In this document: positions 1 to 14,900 of the stretch, piece after piece | How positions within the stretch are numbered: position 1 is the first letter of the stretch | Layout of the letters: each line of letters begins with the position of its first letter | From: Antedon mediterranea | Taxonomy: Eukaryota; Animalia; Echinodermata | Reading direction: 5' to 3' | Length of the DNA: 64,000 nt | Assembly: GCF_964355755.1 (NCBI RefSeq) | Contig: NC_092671.1 | Location: 12,400,001-12,464,000 of the forward strand | Program-made: the position numbers and the translations under genes | The notes under the pieces: model-generated | What the model was told of the DNA's origin: nothing | Database searches by the model: none | Seen by the model: the letters and a program-made list of their open reading frames with translations, nothing else

Positions 1-645
1 GAGTAAATTATAAAATAATCTATGGTGGTAAAAAAGTTACTTTTTATGACAATTATTTATGACAAAATTAAATATTATAAGATGAATTTTTTGTTGTATA
101 ATTTATTACTGTATGATTTTAATTGGATGATTATAGTATTGAATATTACTATTATTGTTTTTGCGTAAGTAAATTTTCTATTGTGCAAATTTGTGTTCAT
201 AAAAATAATTCATTTAAAAACGTAGAGGATCTAATCTGTTAACGAAGACACTTGTTGAATAACGTTATATTAAATAATGACAATGACCTTGTCGGTATGC
301 TTGTACCCATCCTAAGCAGTAACCGATGTAACCAAGCACACCTCATTACATCTATTGTATCACGGCATCACACAACAGATATCCTCTTTGTCTTCCATTA
401 GCAGAAGCAAGTTTTTACAGTCGTATCTTATGAATGATTATTGTGTATTTACACCTTTTGTGATGTGAATTGGAAGAGATACTTGTATTTGGAATTTTAC
501 AAGCTGTTTGGATATAGACTCGTATGTATTTTGTTTATAGCGTGTTCTTGAAACACCTAGAATATATCAGAATATAATGTTTGGAATGTAAAACCTTTAG
601 GATCTATGAGATGAACATGACTATACTGAGATATTTGCGGATCTT

Positions 646-666
646 ATGCCTACATTTGTAATACAG
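646..666 (+). CDS. Candidate short alternative first exon (MPTFVIQ)
   Basis: ATG preceded by an in-frame TGA; CAG|gtattt donor in phase 0, matching the 13898 exon. Confidence 0.25.
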
Positions 667-3573
667 GTATTTCTTGAAAAGTAAAACTGTTTCATTTCAA
701 CAAAAACATGTTTAGTCTTTTCAAAACAAACTAGTGACTAGAGTGTCTTGTTAGACAAATCTTTTAGAATTAGTAATTTAAAAAAAGGATGTGTTTTGAG
801 TACTGTAGTCATAGACTTTCTATTCTATCTAGTCTAGATATATGATTTAAATTACCAAATGTTAATAAATGTTACTAACAATAAATGGGCATTAAACCCA
901 GATACATACATATGCAACAGTAATAATAATGATAAATCTATATTTTCTTAATATAAATAATAATAAACTTTATAGAACAGATCTGAAGCCTAGTTAAAAT
1001 TGTCTTGGGAATAATATTGTGGAAAGTTTAATTGGATTTCAATTCAACATTTACATTAATGTTAATTTTGAGCCAAATCCTTACTGTTAATGTAAGGTAA
1101 CAAAATGTTGAATGAATACATAATCTTACATCAAAATGACATTTTTGGAAATGTTGTTATGGTTCTTCTGATTTTCTTTCCAGAGGTACGTTTTGTATAC
1201 AGTTAAATCTAGTACAATCTGTGTGTATTTTACTGAAATCAAATTTACTCGGTTGCAGTATAAATTTATCAGCCTCACTTAAAATGTCGTTTCGTAGACT
1301 TAGCTTATATTAATTTATTTTACAATAATAGCAGTGCTTAAGTAATAACCTGATTCTGTCGCATACATTTCATAAGTAAATAAAACAAAATAAAACCATT
1401 AATTTATATATTGTTATATATATTTCAGTTGTGATGAATTGATTTAAAATCCATAACTTACCTTTTGTAGTTATTTTAGACTGCGTATCAAATTCAGAAA
1501 TTCTAATAATAATAATCAATTATGTATGTTATATTGATTATTATTGACCACCAATTTATTTGGTGCAAGTTACAATTTTTTTGTGTAGAACCTTATTTTA
1601 ATTATAAATTAGTATTTCTTTATCCTATATATTCATATTTACAGTTTAATACTTAGTATGTAGTAGATATACAGTATACCTTAAAAAACATGAAATGTTG
1701 TATTTGGCAATTTTGGTCAAAAATTAACTGTCTCTTGTTCCAAAAAAAAAAAATACTTTGTGACCCAAACAACCAACCCACCCCTCTTGATTCCCAGTTT
1801 AACTTTTTTTTACTAGTTTGCATTATACTACAATTTCATCTTACAAACCACACTATAGATTTAAATTCTATTCTCAGTTAATTTTCAATTTAATTTCATT
1901 CATTCTTTAGGGAAGAGTAAATTGAATTTGTGGAAAAAACCCCAGAGCATTCATTTAAATAGTTTGAAGCGTGACTGGTTTGCAATGGGAACAAGCATAT
2001 TTATCTCTAATACTGATAATCAGTATTAATATTAAAATGAACAGATTTTGTTAGATTATATATTATACTTTTTTTCAAACAATGCAGATTACCTTATCTC
2101 ATCCATCTATAAAATATCAATATTGAGTTTTGCCTGCGGATTGACGTAGTTACTATTGTAATATATTTCTATTTTAGTCTCAACTTTTGACAAGAACTCC
2201 TTGTATTGTGTCTTTTATATATTAGTACAAGCAAGAAAAAAAAGGAGATTCAATCTTTATGTGATGAGTTGACAGTCTATTTCTTGTCTAGCTTGCTAGG
2301 ATAAACCGACATAGACACATCAAATCAAATCAAATCAAATCTTTATTTGTTCCATATAAAATAAATTGTACATGGAAAAATTGTTTTCCTCGACAGAAAA
2401 ATATGGTAAAACATTCATAATTACATCATACATAGAACAAATTTACAATTTAAAAACATTAATTAAAACATCCATCAACAGTAAAACTTTAAAATATATA
2501 TTGCATGTGCGCTATTATGATCTAACAATCTTTGAGTAAAAAATATGAGTTGAATTTGGTACAAAAGACAGTCGGTTTCTTGACGTATCAGCTCTAGGAG
2601 CCCGTAACCGGCCTGACTTGTTCTTAAAAAATCTCATATGTAATCTCACATGTCGGTTTATTCAGGTAAGCTGTATGAAAATGACTACCAACACACTTTT
2701 GGTTTGTGTATTTCAATAGTTGTCATAGTAACTATTTCTCCTTTTTCTGTCTATGGTTTTGATGATGATGAAATTAATTTTAAAATATCTTTGTATCTGA
2801 GCATAAGAGCTTGATTTACTAGCCTGGTGTACAATAATATCTAGTGAAAAACTTATTACTTTTGCACTCGGTAGTGCTATATAAGCATTAGTTTCCAATG
2901 CCAAAATGAATGACCATAGATTTGCACAATGGCTTCATTTTACAGGTTTTGTAATAAACGTTAATTAATCCCAGCAAAGTATCTCATTGCCCCTAATGCC
3001 CCAGGATGAATGTTTTAATTGTCTAAACAAATCTCTTCTACACTTAAAATTTGTTCATTATCATACTTTTGCATAAATTGTGAAAAAATAAATGTGCAAG
3101 TAAATAGTTGTATATATTAATTTGTCTCGTATATGTGCATCATTTATTGCATCCTATACAACTTGACCTTAAGTGCACATTATCTAGATCAATCAAGACA
3201 TAAAGATGAATAGATTCGTCTATATTATCCCAACTTTACCCTTCCTTCTTCCGACGACAAACTGCATAATTACCGTTTTTGCTGTTGGAAAGAAACCTTG
3301 GTTTAATTTGACAGTTTAAGACTAATGATGTTAGTTTTTGAATTGATTTGCAAGTTGTGTATATCTATGCCTCTAAGCGTCATACGTTGCTTTTGATCTT
3401 TGAACATAATATCTATGTGACGTGATTCTTGTACAAATACAAATATATAAACATATTTTGATCCAAATTTCATATATAGTGCAGTAATTTTGAAATCGGT
3501 AAACATTTTACTGTACTACAATAAATTAAAAATGGTGCTATTAATAATTACAATTCAAGACATAATTAGTTTA

Positions 3574-3940
3574 AAACTAATAGTATTTTAATATAATAAT
3601 AATATAATTTAAACCAAAATTTAGCTCTGGGCTAAAGTAATGGGAAAAATATAAATATTCTAACTTTAGACTCTCCAAATTTTAGCTCTGTGCTCATGAA
3701 TTGGAAGAAACAAGTGGTAACCACCCAAACTTTTTTTTTTAAACTAATAGCATTTTAATATAGTTAATAATATAATTTAAACCAAAATTTAGCTCTGTGC
3801 TAAAGAAAAATAAAGGCCAAGCTTATTTTTGTGGGAAAAATATAAATACTCTAACTTTAGACTCTCCAAATTTTAGCTCTGTGCTCATGAACAGACCAGC
3901 TTATTTTTGTGGGAAAAAATATAAATATTCTAGACTTTCT
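3574..3940. repeat. Degenerate tandem duplication (~165-bp spacing plus a partial third unit)
   Basis: aaactaatag...aaaccaaaatttagctctg...ctaactttagactctccaaattttagctctgtgctcatgaa repeated. Confidence 0.85.
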
Positions 3941-4840
3941 CTCAATTACTAATGCACCTAAAATGTCCTAGTTTTCCATCACCCAGACTAGCATGAATTT
4001 CCAACATTATTCAGTAGTCACGGTAGTTAGTTATCGTTGACCAGTTGAAGTAACCAATATCAACAAACCATTCATCCAGAACCAAACTCCATTCCATGTC
4101 ATAATAACCTTTTATTAATATGGAAATGTGATGTGTGCAAATTGTATTAATAGTAGAATTAGAATTTATTCCCATATATATATTTAATAAATACATATAA
4201 ATTGTTACAAATTGTGATTTGTCTACATTTGAAAAGAAAGTCAAGTTCCAGTTCAACCAGTAACAAATAAAATGTTTCTTTAAAAATTAAATTTAATGTT
4301 TTAAAGATTTGATTTGTACTTATTTGGAAAATCATTTAAAAAAACAGTCATAACATTCACATAAACTACTAAAATTACAGAAAATTACATTTATAGAAGA
4401 TATTCTTATGATTGACAGTCCAACCTGTCAGTCCACCAGCACCCTATGAATGGTGGACATACACAAAAGTTAATTAATCAGGATAAAAAATGACATATTA
4501 ATCTTACTCTTTCTGACCATGGCTAACTGGATTAAAGTGCAGGTTGAAAACAACATAAATTATAAAAAAGATCGTCTTGCCCTAAGGGGTCACTCTTTTA
4601 TGTTTTACTGACTCACCAGGCATCTTGAATACCTCTTAAGGTGTAATTAGTCAGCCAAGAGACCATTTTAGAGTGAGGAATTATTTCATTACAACAGGTA
4701 TTTATTTTAACTTCATTATTGGAGGATTTGGAATACCAATTTCTCATTCTCCATACAAATTCCTTAATTTCATTTTCTCGAGGAATCACAGATTGTCGAT
4801 TTGGATTTATTCAAGTACATTTAACTTGTATTGTTGTAAC

Positions 4841-5000
4841 AGACATCTAGTATTATTATATTAGGAAGAGCTATTTGACTCGATGTGCGAACTGCTGGTG
4901 ACACTAGCTTAACTATACAAAGACATCAAGTATTATTATATTAGGAAGAGCTATTTGACTCGATGTGCAAACTGCTGGTGACACTAGCTTAACTATACAA
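4841..5000. repeat. 80-bp tandem duplication
   Basis: 4841-4920 versus 4921-5000, two mismatches. Confidence 0.95.
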
Positions 5001-7683
5001 TGTAACTGGACTACTTCAATATAAGATATTGTATACTTTAATGTTTAAAACAATCTATTTGGAGACTGAGCTTGTAAAGACTGTTGTCACTCAATAAGCC
5101 TTGTATTTGATTCTACACTCAGTAGTCATGACAGTTCCATGAGACTACAGACGTATATTGTCCCCTTCACCCATTAATAGAACCATTTTGTTTGGTCAAA
5201 TAAGTAAACCTTACAGGTAAAGCATAGTTAAAATATTTTTTTTAAACCAACTTTCAAGTTGATGAAATTAAATAAATATTGTATCAAATATGAATCACAT
5301 GCATCTATTTGTCATGTCACTGTCAAAATCATATTGTTTCTGATGTCACGTTATTGAAATTTGGAAAAAAATGTTTTCACCTAGAATCATTAACATTTAA
5401 AGTATGCTTCATGTGTGACAGGTATTTTATTTTTAGTATTACATAAATCTAGCCAATTGATTGAAAAGAGGTATATTTTTAGTTTTAAAAAAATAACATG
5501 AATTATAGATGTTTGCCTAATCTGTGTGCGATGATTCAAGTAAAATTTAGTTAGAAATAACATTATTTTCAACAAAATCAACAAACTTTTTTCTCCAAAA
5601 AGTACTTGTTAGCTGTATTCATCAAAATAATATTTTTCTTTCCAATACAGTTTGCATTTATTATATATCAATAATTGAATACAAATATTTAGATATTTAT
5701 ACATACGAAAAACATTTATATAATTCTAAATATTCTTTTGCTTATGTCATAAAGTATTATTTTTTTTAATGACTTGAACCACTTTTATATGAATAATTTT
5801 AATATAATGATCTACAGTACACATGCTGCCTCATAATCTTGTTACTATAGTGTTATTAAAAATAGTAAACCAAGCTGTTCCATTCATACATCTGTACAGT
5901 AGATGTTCAATTATTCTGTGGAAATTTCACCCAGTTTTCATATAACCCCAATAATCTTTCCAAGCTACAAAGAGTTCAGTTTATAACAAGCCATCAATAT
6001 TTTATTATCCATACTTTATGTCGGGCAAAACGTAATTTTGGTTTAATGTTTGAAAATGTAGATGGAAAGAGGTAAATAAAAAATTGGTACATCTGGTATT
6101 AAATAATATTTATCAATTATAAAGAACATGAACATTTTATATTACATTATTGTGGTGGTACAAATGATGCTCGACATGTGTTTTTCTTTCTGATTACAAC
6201 ATTGAGGCAATAAAAAAATAATATTGATGTTCTTTTTATTTAACCTCATTAACATAAATTAAATTAAATGCAACATTTGGTGCCAATGTTATTTTATATG
6301 AACTTTAAAGTTTTATTTTTTAATGAATTTTATCATTTTTCTAATTCATTGTATCTTCAGGTTTGAATGTTGTTTTATATTTTTTTTAATGGTTTTTAAG
6401 GAGGCCTCTGTTATACCTGCTATACCGTAGTAAGCTACCCTTGTAAAACAAAGTTGAATAAATAAATAAATGATTAAAATGTTAGTTACAATGTTATGTT
6501 GAAAAGACCCAGTAGCAGAATAAATGGAACCAAAACAATATCCATGTAATATATTAACACATCATTATTAATTTATATGATTGAATCTTTTAACTAAGAA
6601 CTAGTTCAGTAGGCATTTACTCAGCGTGGTATCAAAATAATGAAATTGACTGATTTGCGAGAACATTTGGTACAATATAGAAATAGAACATTAGTGTGTC
6701 GTCTGACCTCAATGTCAGTTTTGTCTACTAATAGTGCTGTTGTTTGAAGTTGTATTTTTTGGCTGAGGATTTCCTGTTGTTCAGTGCACCACCAAATGTA
6801 GTGGCACTATTTCTAATTATATAGGTTAATGAAGAATATAAAGTATTTTTCCGATACAAATACTTTCCTTCACATTACATTTTGTTTTCCAACATTGTTC
6901 TGTAAGCTTGCAGGATTATTAGTACTTAGTCTCTCCACGGTGCAATGTACTCTCCATTGAAAATTTGTTGTCCATTGCTTGTGGCGGCAGATTTTCTGGT
7001 TTATATTCGGAATTCCTTATAAGACTGTTTGACATGTAGTATGCTTACATCACTCTTGTGATTGGGTTGTTAGCTCAACAGAGGGACTAAAATGGACCAG
7101 CACAACCCCTTTCTGTCTGAGCGATATACTGAGTTCTTTTAAATGCACACAAGCCAGATGTGTACACTACTATTCCTGTAAAGTGCATATCCATGAATAA
7201 TGGGGAGCACTCTAAAACTGTGTCAATATTATTGCTGTGGTTTATACCGCCCCTATATTTTGAATTTAGGAAATTAATTTTTCTACATTTAATTCATTAT
7301 AACTTTATAAATAATAAAGATTCTTTTAATATAGATACAAAGAATAATATATATTCTATGCCTGTATGTAAATCGTTATTCAAAATTGATTTTTCAGTCA
7401 AGTGACAAATAATATATGCATTTTTTTTATAATTTTTTTTTTCTCTTTAATATACATTTTAAAGAAAATATAACGGTAAAAATAGATTTGATGTTGATTT
7501 AATTTTTTGTTGCTTGCATTGATTTTAAAAAAATTATTAGTGAATAGTAATATATAATAATAGTAATTATTCGTGATTAGAATAAGAGTGAATCTCAAAT
7601 AGTCATCAGTCTCATTTATATTCTTTGCATATTGTATTTTACCTACTTTTGTAATCATTTATGTATTGGTATGTTATTTGTCC

Positions 7684-7946
7684 CATAGTTGTTTCCAAGG
7701 AAAATATGAATATTCCAATATTCAATGCATTGAATAAAAATTGTGAATGCATATCTAGGCTAATATATCATAGACCAGAATAAATAATATTGCTTTTATT
7801 TTTATTCTAGCCTTTATTTCATAGTTTCCATAGAAAATGTGAATATTCCAATATTCAATGCATTGAATAACAATTTTGAATGCATTTATCTAGGCTAATA
7901 TATCATAGACCAGAATAAATAATATTGTTTTTATTTTTATTCTAGC
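7684..7946. repeat. ~136-bp tandem duplication
   Basis: gaatattccaatattcaatgcattgaataa...ctaggctaatatatcatagaccagaataaataatattg...tattctagc twice. Confidence 0.9.
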
Positions 7947-8580
7947 GTTTAATGCAAATAACAGAACATTCACTGAATAATTTAAAATAAAAAGGATTAC
8001 TCTACATAAAGCCTGAGACATTATTGAGAATTTGACTTTTCGATATATTTAACCATTTTCTAGTTTTCAATGTTTTGATCTATTTGATGATTTACTGGTT
8101 ATTATGTGGAGTTACCCTTGTTTTAATAATGCATAACAAATGAAAATAATAATATTTATGTCAAATAGGATATGTAAAGAAAATCTGAACATGAAAATAA
8201 CTGATTCAAAATGTTACCTTTATTCTATTGATAATACTTCTTGATAAAAACCGAATGTCTAAAAAATATTAATAATACTAGTGTAGACTACAAATACGAA
8301 AGAAGTCCTTTGCTTTGATAACACTAAATACCCCTTAATAACCTGTTAAGTACTTCCCAGTGTAAGAGTTTAAACAAACATCACGTAATGTTAAAGGCAT
8401 TGTCCCCATCTGATAAGATGCAAGATGGCAAAAGTTTATTGTTGTATTTTAAGTTTCTCAGATGATTAGGATGATGTCATTAAGGAAGGGACTACTTATT
8501 TCCCAGTTGTCTACTTTATTAACCTAGTTGTATTGTGTGCATGATATATTATTATGGTTCAAACTTTATGTTCTATTATA

Positions 8581-8891
8581 CAAATAATGAATGTTTATGA
8601 GTGCAATGGTACAAATAATGGCACGAGGTGAATGATGAAAGGTTATATCAACGAGGCAAAGCCGAGTTGATATAACCTTTCATCATTCACCAAGTGCCAT
8701 TATTTGTACCATTACACGAATACAAAACATTCATTATTTGTTTTATATAACATCTAGACGTTTTTTTTTCGTACACAAAAATGTTTCAAAAAGTACTATT
8801 TAACGATCGTTGAATAGTGCGTACTATTGCACGCCATGTGACCCACATTCGTCCAATCAAATGACAGGAATTTATATAGGTGTTATATAAT
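8581..8891. mobile_element. Palindromic foldback/MITE-like element
   Basis: ~160-bp near-perfect hairpin 8581-8740 centred on GAGGCAAAGCCGAG, followed by a ccaatcaaatgacaggaattt...gtgttatataa tail; right boundary approximate. Confidence 0.7.
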
Positions 8892-11800
8892 ATGTTCTAT
8901 TTCATAATTGACAGATCATATACTGCAAATTAATAATGTATTGTCCCCCAAAAACCTGAAAAATGAAGATTAATATAATTTTTGTTTTTATATTTGCCAT
9001 TTATTAGTTTTAATAAAGTAAATCACTTCACCGTAGAAAAAGACATTCATAAAAAGGCAAAATAGTTGAGATAACAATATATTTTTTAAAATTCATGTGG
9101 TTCCAAACATTGAAAAGTGGACCGAACATGAAACTAACTTTTTATTTTTACATTATTGTAGACACATTATTGATTTGGTATTATTTACAAAATATGATTG
9201 TATATATGCTCTACAAACTGCTGAAAGAGGTCTTTAGTATGGTTTATTTATCAAAAATTTAATTTAATCTAATTGTAAGAAAATTAGTGTCATTTACATC
9301 GGTTATTTAGAAATTTGTGGGTCATATTTTAATACAGAACGGTTTAATAATTATGATGATGATAAAAGGTTTATTGCAAAAGGCTAAGTAGAAAGAGAAA
9401 TATAAATATTAGCTAATTTATAAATAAATCAACCTTACCATTTACAAATGAAGTTTTATATCGTAAAAATTAAACAAAAGAGAGTGATTTTTTTAGCATT
9501 TAGCCTAGTAGAACGTACTATTATAGTTGATACACAATAAATGGTAATTTGAAGTGTATGGTTTGAAGTGAATAGGATTTAGCCCAGGGCAAACAACGCA
9601 GAGTATTCCGAAAAGAGATAGAAATTACTTTTAAAGTAGTAAAGAGGAAAAGCTAAAGCAATTGGGTTTATGTGTCATCGTTTAAATTCGACAATAACAA
9701 TACCAGTCTTTTTATATGACCTGGTTATTTTAAGTTGTGTTTTTGACATTCTATTTAACCAACCTGATTAATGTTTATTGGTAATCTATATATTAATATG
9801 TAAACGTTGTTTATGAGAATACACATGAACAATGTATGTAATCCTTAATATAATAAATAAAATTATTATACAAAAATATTTGATATTGAATTTGTGAATT
9901 ACAACTCAAATTTAAGTTGGTAATAAAGATATAAATCATTTTCAATTAGTAATCTTTTTATAATAAATAAAATACAAATAATAATTATAACAAATAATTT
10001 ATATTAAATTTGTGAATTACAATTAAAATTTAATTTGGTCATTTTTATATCCTCGGTCTAATTTAAATGTAGCTCAAGTTTCTTGGTTGGACATTTTTTT
10101 CTAAAACAATGGTTTTAAGTGAGTCTACAAATTAATAAACAGCAATATTATCTTTACAAGGAAATCTTTCTTGTAATTATGATTTAATGGAATGAATGTA
10201 TTACAAGAAAAACTACAAAATAATATCAGAAGCCGACTTTGATGTAATGCCTATATTCAATGAACTTGCCTGAGGGCTCACTTCCAAATTGTAATGTAAT
10301 TTATACGACTGATCAAAAGTCAATGTTGAAAAAAAAACATGTTGGTTTTGCAAACCTGACCACTGCAGTCCATAAAAGTTGTGGTTAATAAATAATAATG
10401 TGTGTTTTTAATCTTGGTTTATATACAAATATGAATAATTATTTGATATATCATATTTATTCACACAATAAAAATGAATGTACAGCAATAATGAATGGAA
10501 ATAAATAAATTATTAATCAAAATATATTGATTGTGTCTAGAGAATACAGACAGAGAATGCTTTGTATCTCTATGTATAGGATGGCAAACATGGACAAAAA
10601 ACTCCCTTAACTCTATATTTTGTATCTCTTTTTTTGAGTTCCTCCTGGCCTTGTTGAAAAACACCATTGATATTTCCATAATTTGTATTTTATTAAATTT
10701 GATTTGAAGTTTTTAGGCACATTACATGGATTACCAAGAGTAAATTAATCACTGTCGTAACAGATAGATAGGAATCTCCCTGACACATATAGTTTTTTTG
10801 TGAACCAGTTCACCGGGGTAACCCCCTAAATTAAATGAAGGTATATTACTAATGGTCTCTCCTTAAAAATGTTACCTTTTTCTATTACTTCTTTAAGCAT
10901 ATTTTTGAGTAGCCATTCAACTCTTAAAATTTTTTAATAGGATTTGAAGTATTTATACAAAACTAATAAGTATAATCAATCTTCTTGGTACAATAATCAT
11001 TGCCAATTACTCATTTGCTTATTATTTTGATTCAATATTCTATTAATTAAATATTCTAAAGTACTAATTTTACACGCATATTTTATGTTAAGTTTTAAGT
11101 TAAATTGATAGGTTACTTTCCATAATGTTCTGATTATTTTGACTTCAAAATTTAATATTCTACAATCCTTTACTCCTATAATTTGTAGTTTGTATTGATT
11201 TTTATACTTATATGCAGATACCTTATCTTAGACCAGGCCTTTCATCTGCTTTTAAACAATATTTTGTTGGGTTTTTTGTCATTTATATTAACTCCAATTA
11301 CTTATGACTAATCTTAAAACATTTCCTATAATAAAATAATATTTACCACCAAATTGGAATTTCTAATTCCAGACAATGGTTTTATCGACGTTTGTTGTCG
11401 AAAATGAGCTTCTCATTTAAACTTATTTGCATAATTTCCAACATTGTATGACTCAGTATTGTAATTGTATTGATAATTTCTTATACTAATTCAACATTAC
11501 TAAGGAAATTATGCATAAGAAACTTGTCTTTTTTTACACCAATATGTACATCCTTAAATTACTCATGTGTGCATTGTAATTATGATATCATTTGTAATGT
11601 CCCTTTTTAGCATAACCTTACTTTTTAGAATAATAGTAAAATGCAAAGATATGCGACAAAGAACGACCCAACAAAGTGTTAATAGAGGGTTGGCCTGAAT
11701 AACGGTTATCCTCAGTTTTAAACATTATTGCTCACTATTTTGTTTCGCAGTATGTAAAGTTTCCGCTTCAGAGGAATATCCCCTGAAAATAAGTGTTTTT

Positions 11801-13210
11801 GCTGTATTTATGAATAATTAATGAACTTTTTCATAAAGAAGTTTTAATAGAAATATAAAATTATCATGAGAACTCTATTTAAATGATACCGATTTACATG
11901 ATAATAGTCAATCATAACAATATCAATTCTTGCTCGTGAATATCCTTTGACTAGACATCCATGAAATATTTAATCTATCCATCCATGTATTAATTTAATT
12001 TTAACATAATATTTCTCAAGGGACTACTCAACGTTTCCAGGTTTATTGTGAATAAGTTTACTGATGTGCTATTCATAATCAGTATATTGTAGTTTATTTT
12101 GCTATTGTACATGGAATGATAGGATGGTGAAAGATATCTTAAGCTATATGTCTACAATATCAAACTATTAGTTTGACAAAAAAAGTGTGATGTGCCCAAA
12201 TATGGCAGTGATATGCTTAAATATGGTAGTTATATGACATCATTGGGTCGTGTTATAGGGGGGTAGGATTATACCAGAGGATATACAGTACATTAATACA
12301 GTTATGACCCATAGAAAACACATTTGATTATTGATTGTGTGTGTGCACCAAAGTACACGCACAAACAATTGAAATCTATAGTAATGGCTCTTCCCGTATC
12401 GAATGATTTACGAGTACATGATAGCTTACACGTTGACATTCAAGTTGGGAAATGAGAACATCTTGGCGCTCCAATGTTGATCAGCATCAATTAGTTTGCG
12501 TCTCGTTTACAAATTAGTAAGGCTTTTGAGAGAAAATTACATGTTATGCTCGATAGAAAATAGCACATATAGTTCTTGTGTCTGTTTAATTTAGGTTAAT
12601 GTTCATTAAAGTTTAAATTATTAATACAATTTACTTTTTATTTGTATATAATTGAATTATAATTAGTTCAGCCTATTGTAAAATCTAGTATTTTATATTA
12701 TTTTATATTATATTTCAGTTACACATAAATAGTTTTTTCTTTAGTAGGCTATGGATTTTTTTATGATCTATTTATAGCAATTTTTCTCATTAATATTTTA
12801 AATTTATAACCTAATAATCTTATTAAGGTTTTTTTTTGTATGCATACTGTAATGTATTATAGGATAATATATGTGTTAATACTTAAGTTCTTTAATTAAT
12901 TAGGTTATTAATAACTCTTAAGCCTGATAACTTTGTTACATCTGCCTTATGATCTACTTGTTACTACATAAGATCTAGATTGTATGTTTATCACACATAT
13001 ATTGAGTTTACATAAAAATTACACAATATTACATTTATTTTGAAATTGATAAATATGTATTTATATAAATTAAACTCTGCTCTGTATAGCTAATCTATAC
13101 TCTTTTATATTCGTATTAGCCCTGTTAAAGGAATTGTATTTTCTGTGCATCTCTCTGGTTGTTCGTGTACCTTTAGAGTAAATATTAATTATCAATAATT
13201 TACTATTTAA

Positions 13211-13512
13211 CACATTGACTGCCAAGGCATTTTCCGTAATTTCTGTCCCAGTGCCAAGTCCCGTTTACATATTAAATTACAGTTTGAAAGTGTAACATCT
13301 GGTCACAGACTATCATGATGTCATTCAAAATACGATGATTATCGTTTACGTACATCATTCATAAACTGACATGCGATAATTCCTGTTCCAATCACCACTG
13401 CCAGCGATTCTACATACAATACAAAAGTGCTACGATTTTGACGTAGTATTACGTCTTGGCAAGTAGCGACTCGCAATTTTTGACGTATAAATATGCCGTG
13501 GCAGTGAACGTG
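13211..13512. mobile_element. piggyBac-like MITE
   Basis: TTAA on both sides; TIRs CACATTGACTGCCAAGGCA / TGCCGTGGCAGTGAACGTG (16 of 19 match). Confidence 0.8.
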
Positions 13513-13897
13513 TTAACATTATGTACTTTTTAGCATACTGTATGTACTTAAAACAGAAGTTAAATTGGTTGTGTTTTCATATTGTTAATTTATAATAGTA
13601 GCTTATTCAATGTTAGGTAACCTGTTCTCTCACTGTCACCATGGTGACATTATTGCAAGTTAACCAAGTACATAGACTAAATGACGTTGGTTGGTTTAAT
13701 TGCTACTTGTCTTGATCGGGCCGATTACAGAATTGGTTTAACACTATCTTGACCTATTACCTTGTTCTATATTGTTTATTTCTTTAATTTATTCTTTGTT
13801 CTGTATTTGTATAGTATTTTTTAGTCAAACTGAGAATCATGGGATTTAATAATTACTTAATAATAGTGTTGTTCATTATTTTTGTTTTTTTTTGCAG

Positions 13898-14089
13898 AAT
13901 ACAATCACGAATGCAGACCGCCTCCTAGAGAATGCTCATCAGCTGAGCCAACGAGGAGAGTGCAACCCTGATGAAATACGTCATGTTGCTGGCCTTCTGC
14001 AAGAAAAAGTATTTGACTTTGTTAATCGAGTTGAAAGACGTCAGAAACTTTTAGAATTGGCCGTCTCATTTTATACCCATATTAAAGAG
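13898..14089 (+). CDS. TRIO: Trio exon, spectrin repeat (NTITNADRLLENAHQLSQRGEC...FYTHIKE)
   Basis: ttgcag| and GAG|gtattt; 192 nt, phase 0-0; resembles Trio NTYTNADKLLEAAEQLAQTGECDPEEI. Confidence 0.95.
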
Positions 14090-14730
14090 GTATTTTTATT
14101 ATTGCTATTTTTTCATGGTACAGTAAAACCCCTGTGAAACAAACGACGGGCAATATGTTTTAAAATTACAGGGGAACTTTGTTTTGTTAATGGGTTAGAA
14201 AATCTTTTTATTTAACCTCTTATATAGCCATTTTCCATGTCGATGATATTTATTTTTGCTTGTTTTGGCAATAAAAGTTAAAGAACAACATGGTTGGATA
14301 TCCTCACCTGCTACTGTAGTATCAGCATCACATCTAGTGAATTTCTTATATTTTAAAAAATTAAATATTTTTTTTTTTACTATTATTACATGGTAGTTTA
14401 GGATTTCTGTTTTTCCATTAAAATGAATCGTTATTTGGTATTTTTATTACATTTGTATCATAGTTTTCAATGCAATTTACCAAACTGGGATTAAAAATAT
14501 TTTTTTGTTTTCCATGCTTAATAACATATATAAAAGTATATCAATAAATTCAATACATAGATTTATAAAGGTTACTACAGAGCATTATCTTAATGGATGT
14601 TTTATGTATGTTTTTTAAAGACAATGTTTTCAAAAGTAGACATATTTATTTGGCCACATTACTCTTTAGCTGAAATTTAATGGAAGTTTTATGCATCATT
14701 TTAAATATCAAAATGTTTTTTTTTCTTCAG

Positions 14731-14900
14731 CTAACAAGTTGGTTCAAAGAGTTAAGAGATAAATTGCACACGGAAGAAGTCGGGGAATGCATTGAAGAAG
14801 CAGACAAAGCACTGGCAAGGTTCAAACACGAGCAAGCAATAACAATAAAAGCGTGTCAGAACACGTTAAGTGAAGGAGAACACTTTATTGAACAGCTTAC
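14731..14900 (+). CDS. TRIO: Trio exon, spectrin repeat (LTSWFKELRD...EGEHFIEQL)
   Basis: cttcag| and AC|gtaagt; 170 nt, phase 0-2. Confidence 0.93.

Noticed and set aside
1690-10679. Short AT-rich ORFs in the ORF track (also most of those at 35-38 kb and 44-58 kb)
   Set aside because: I/F/L/K/Y-biased chance ORFs in intronic DNA, without paired splice signals or homology.
11760-11955. Possible Kolobok-like MITE (gaggaatatcccc...gaatatccttt)
   Set aside because: Termini and TTAA duplication too degraded to support a call.
12383-12455. ATG-initiated MALPVSNDLRVHDSLHVDIQ as another alternative first exon
   Set aside because: The donor CAA|gttggg is poor and there is no other support.
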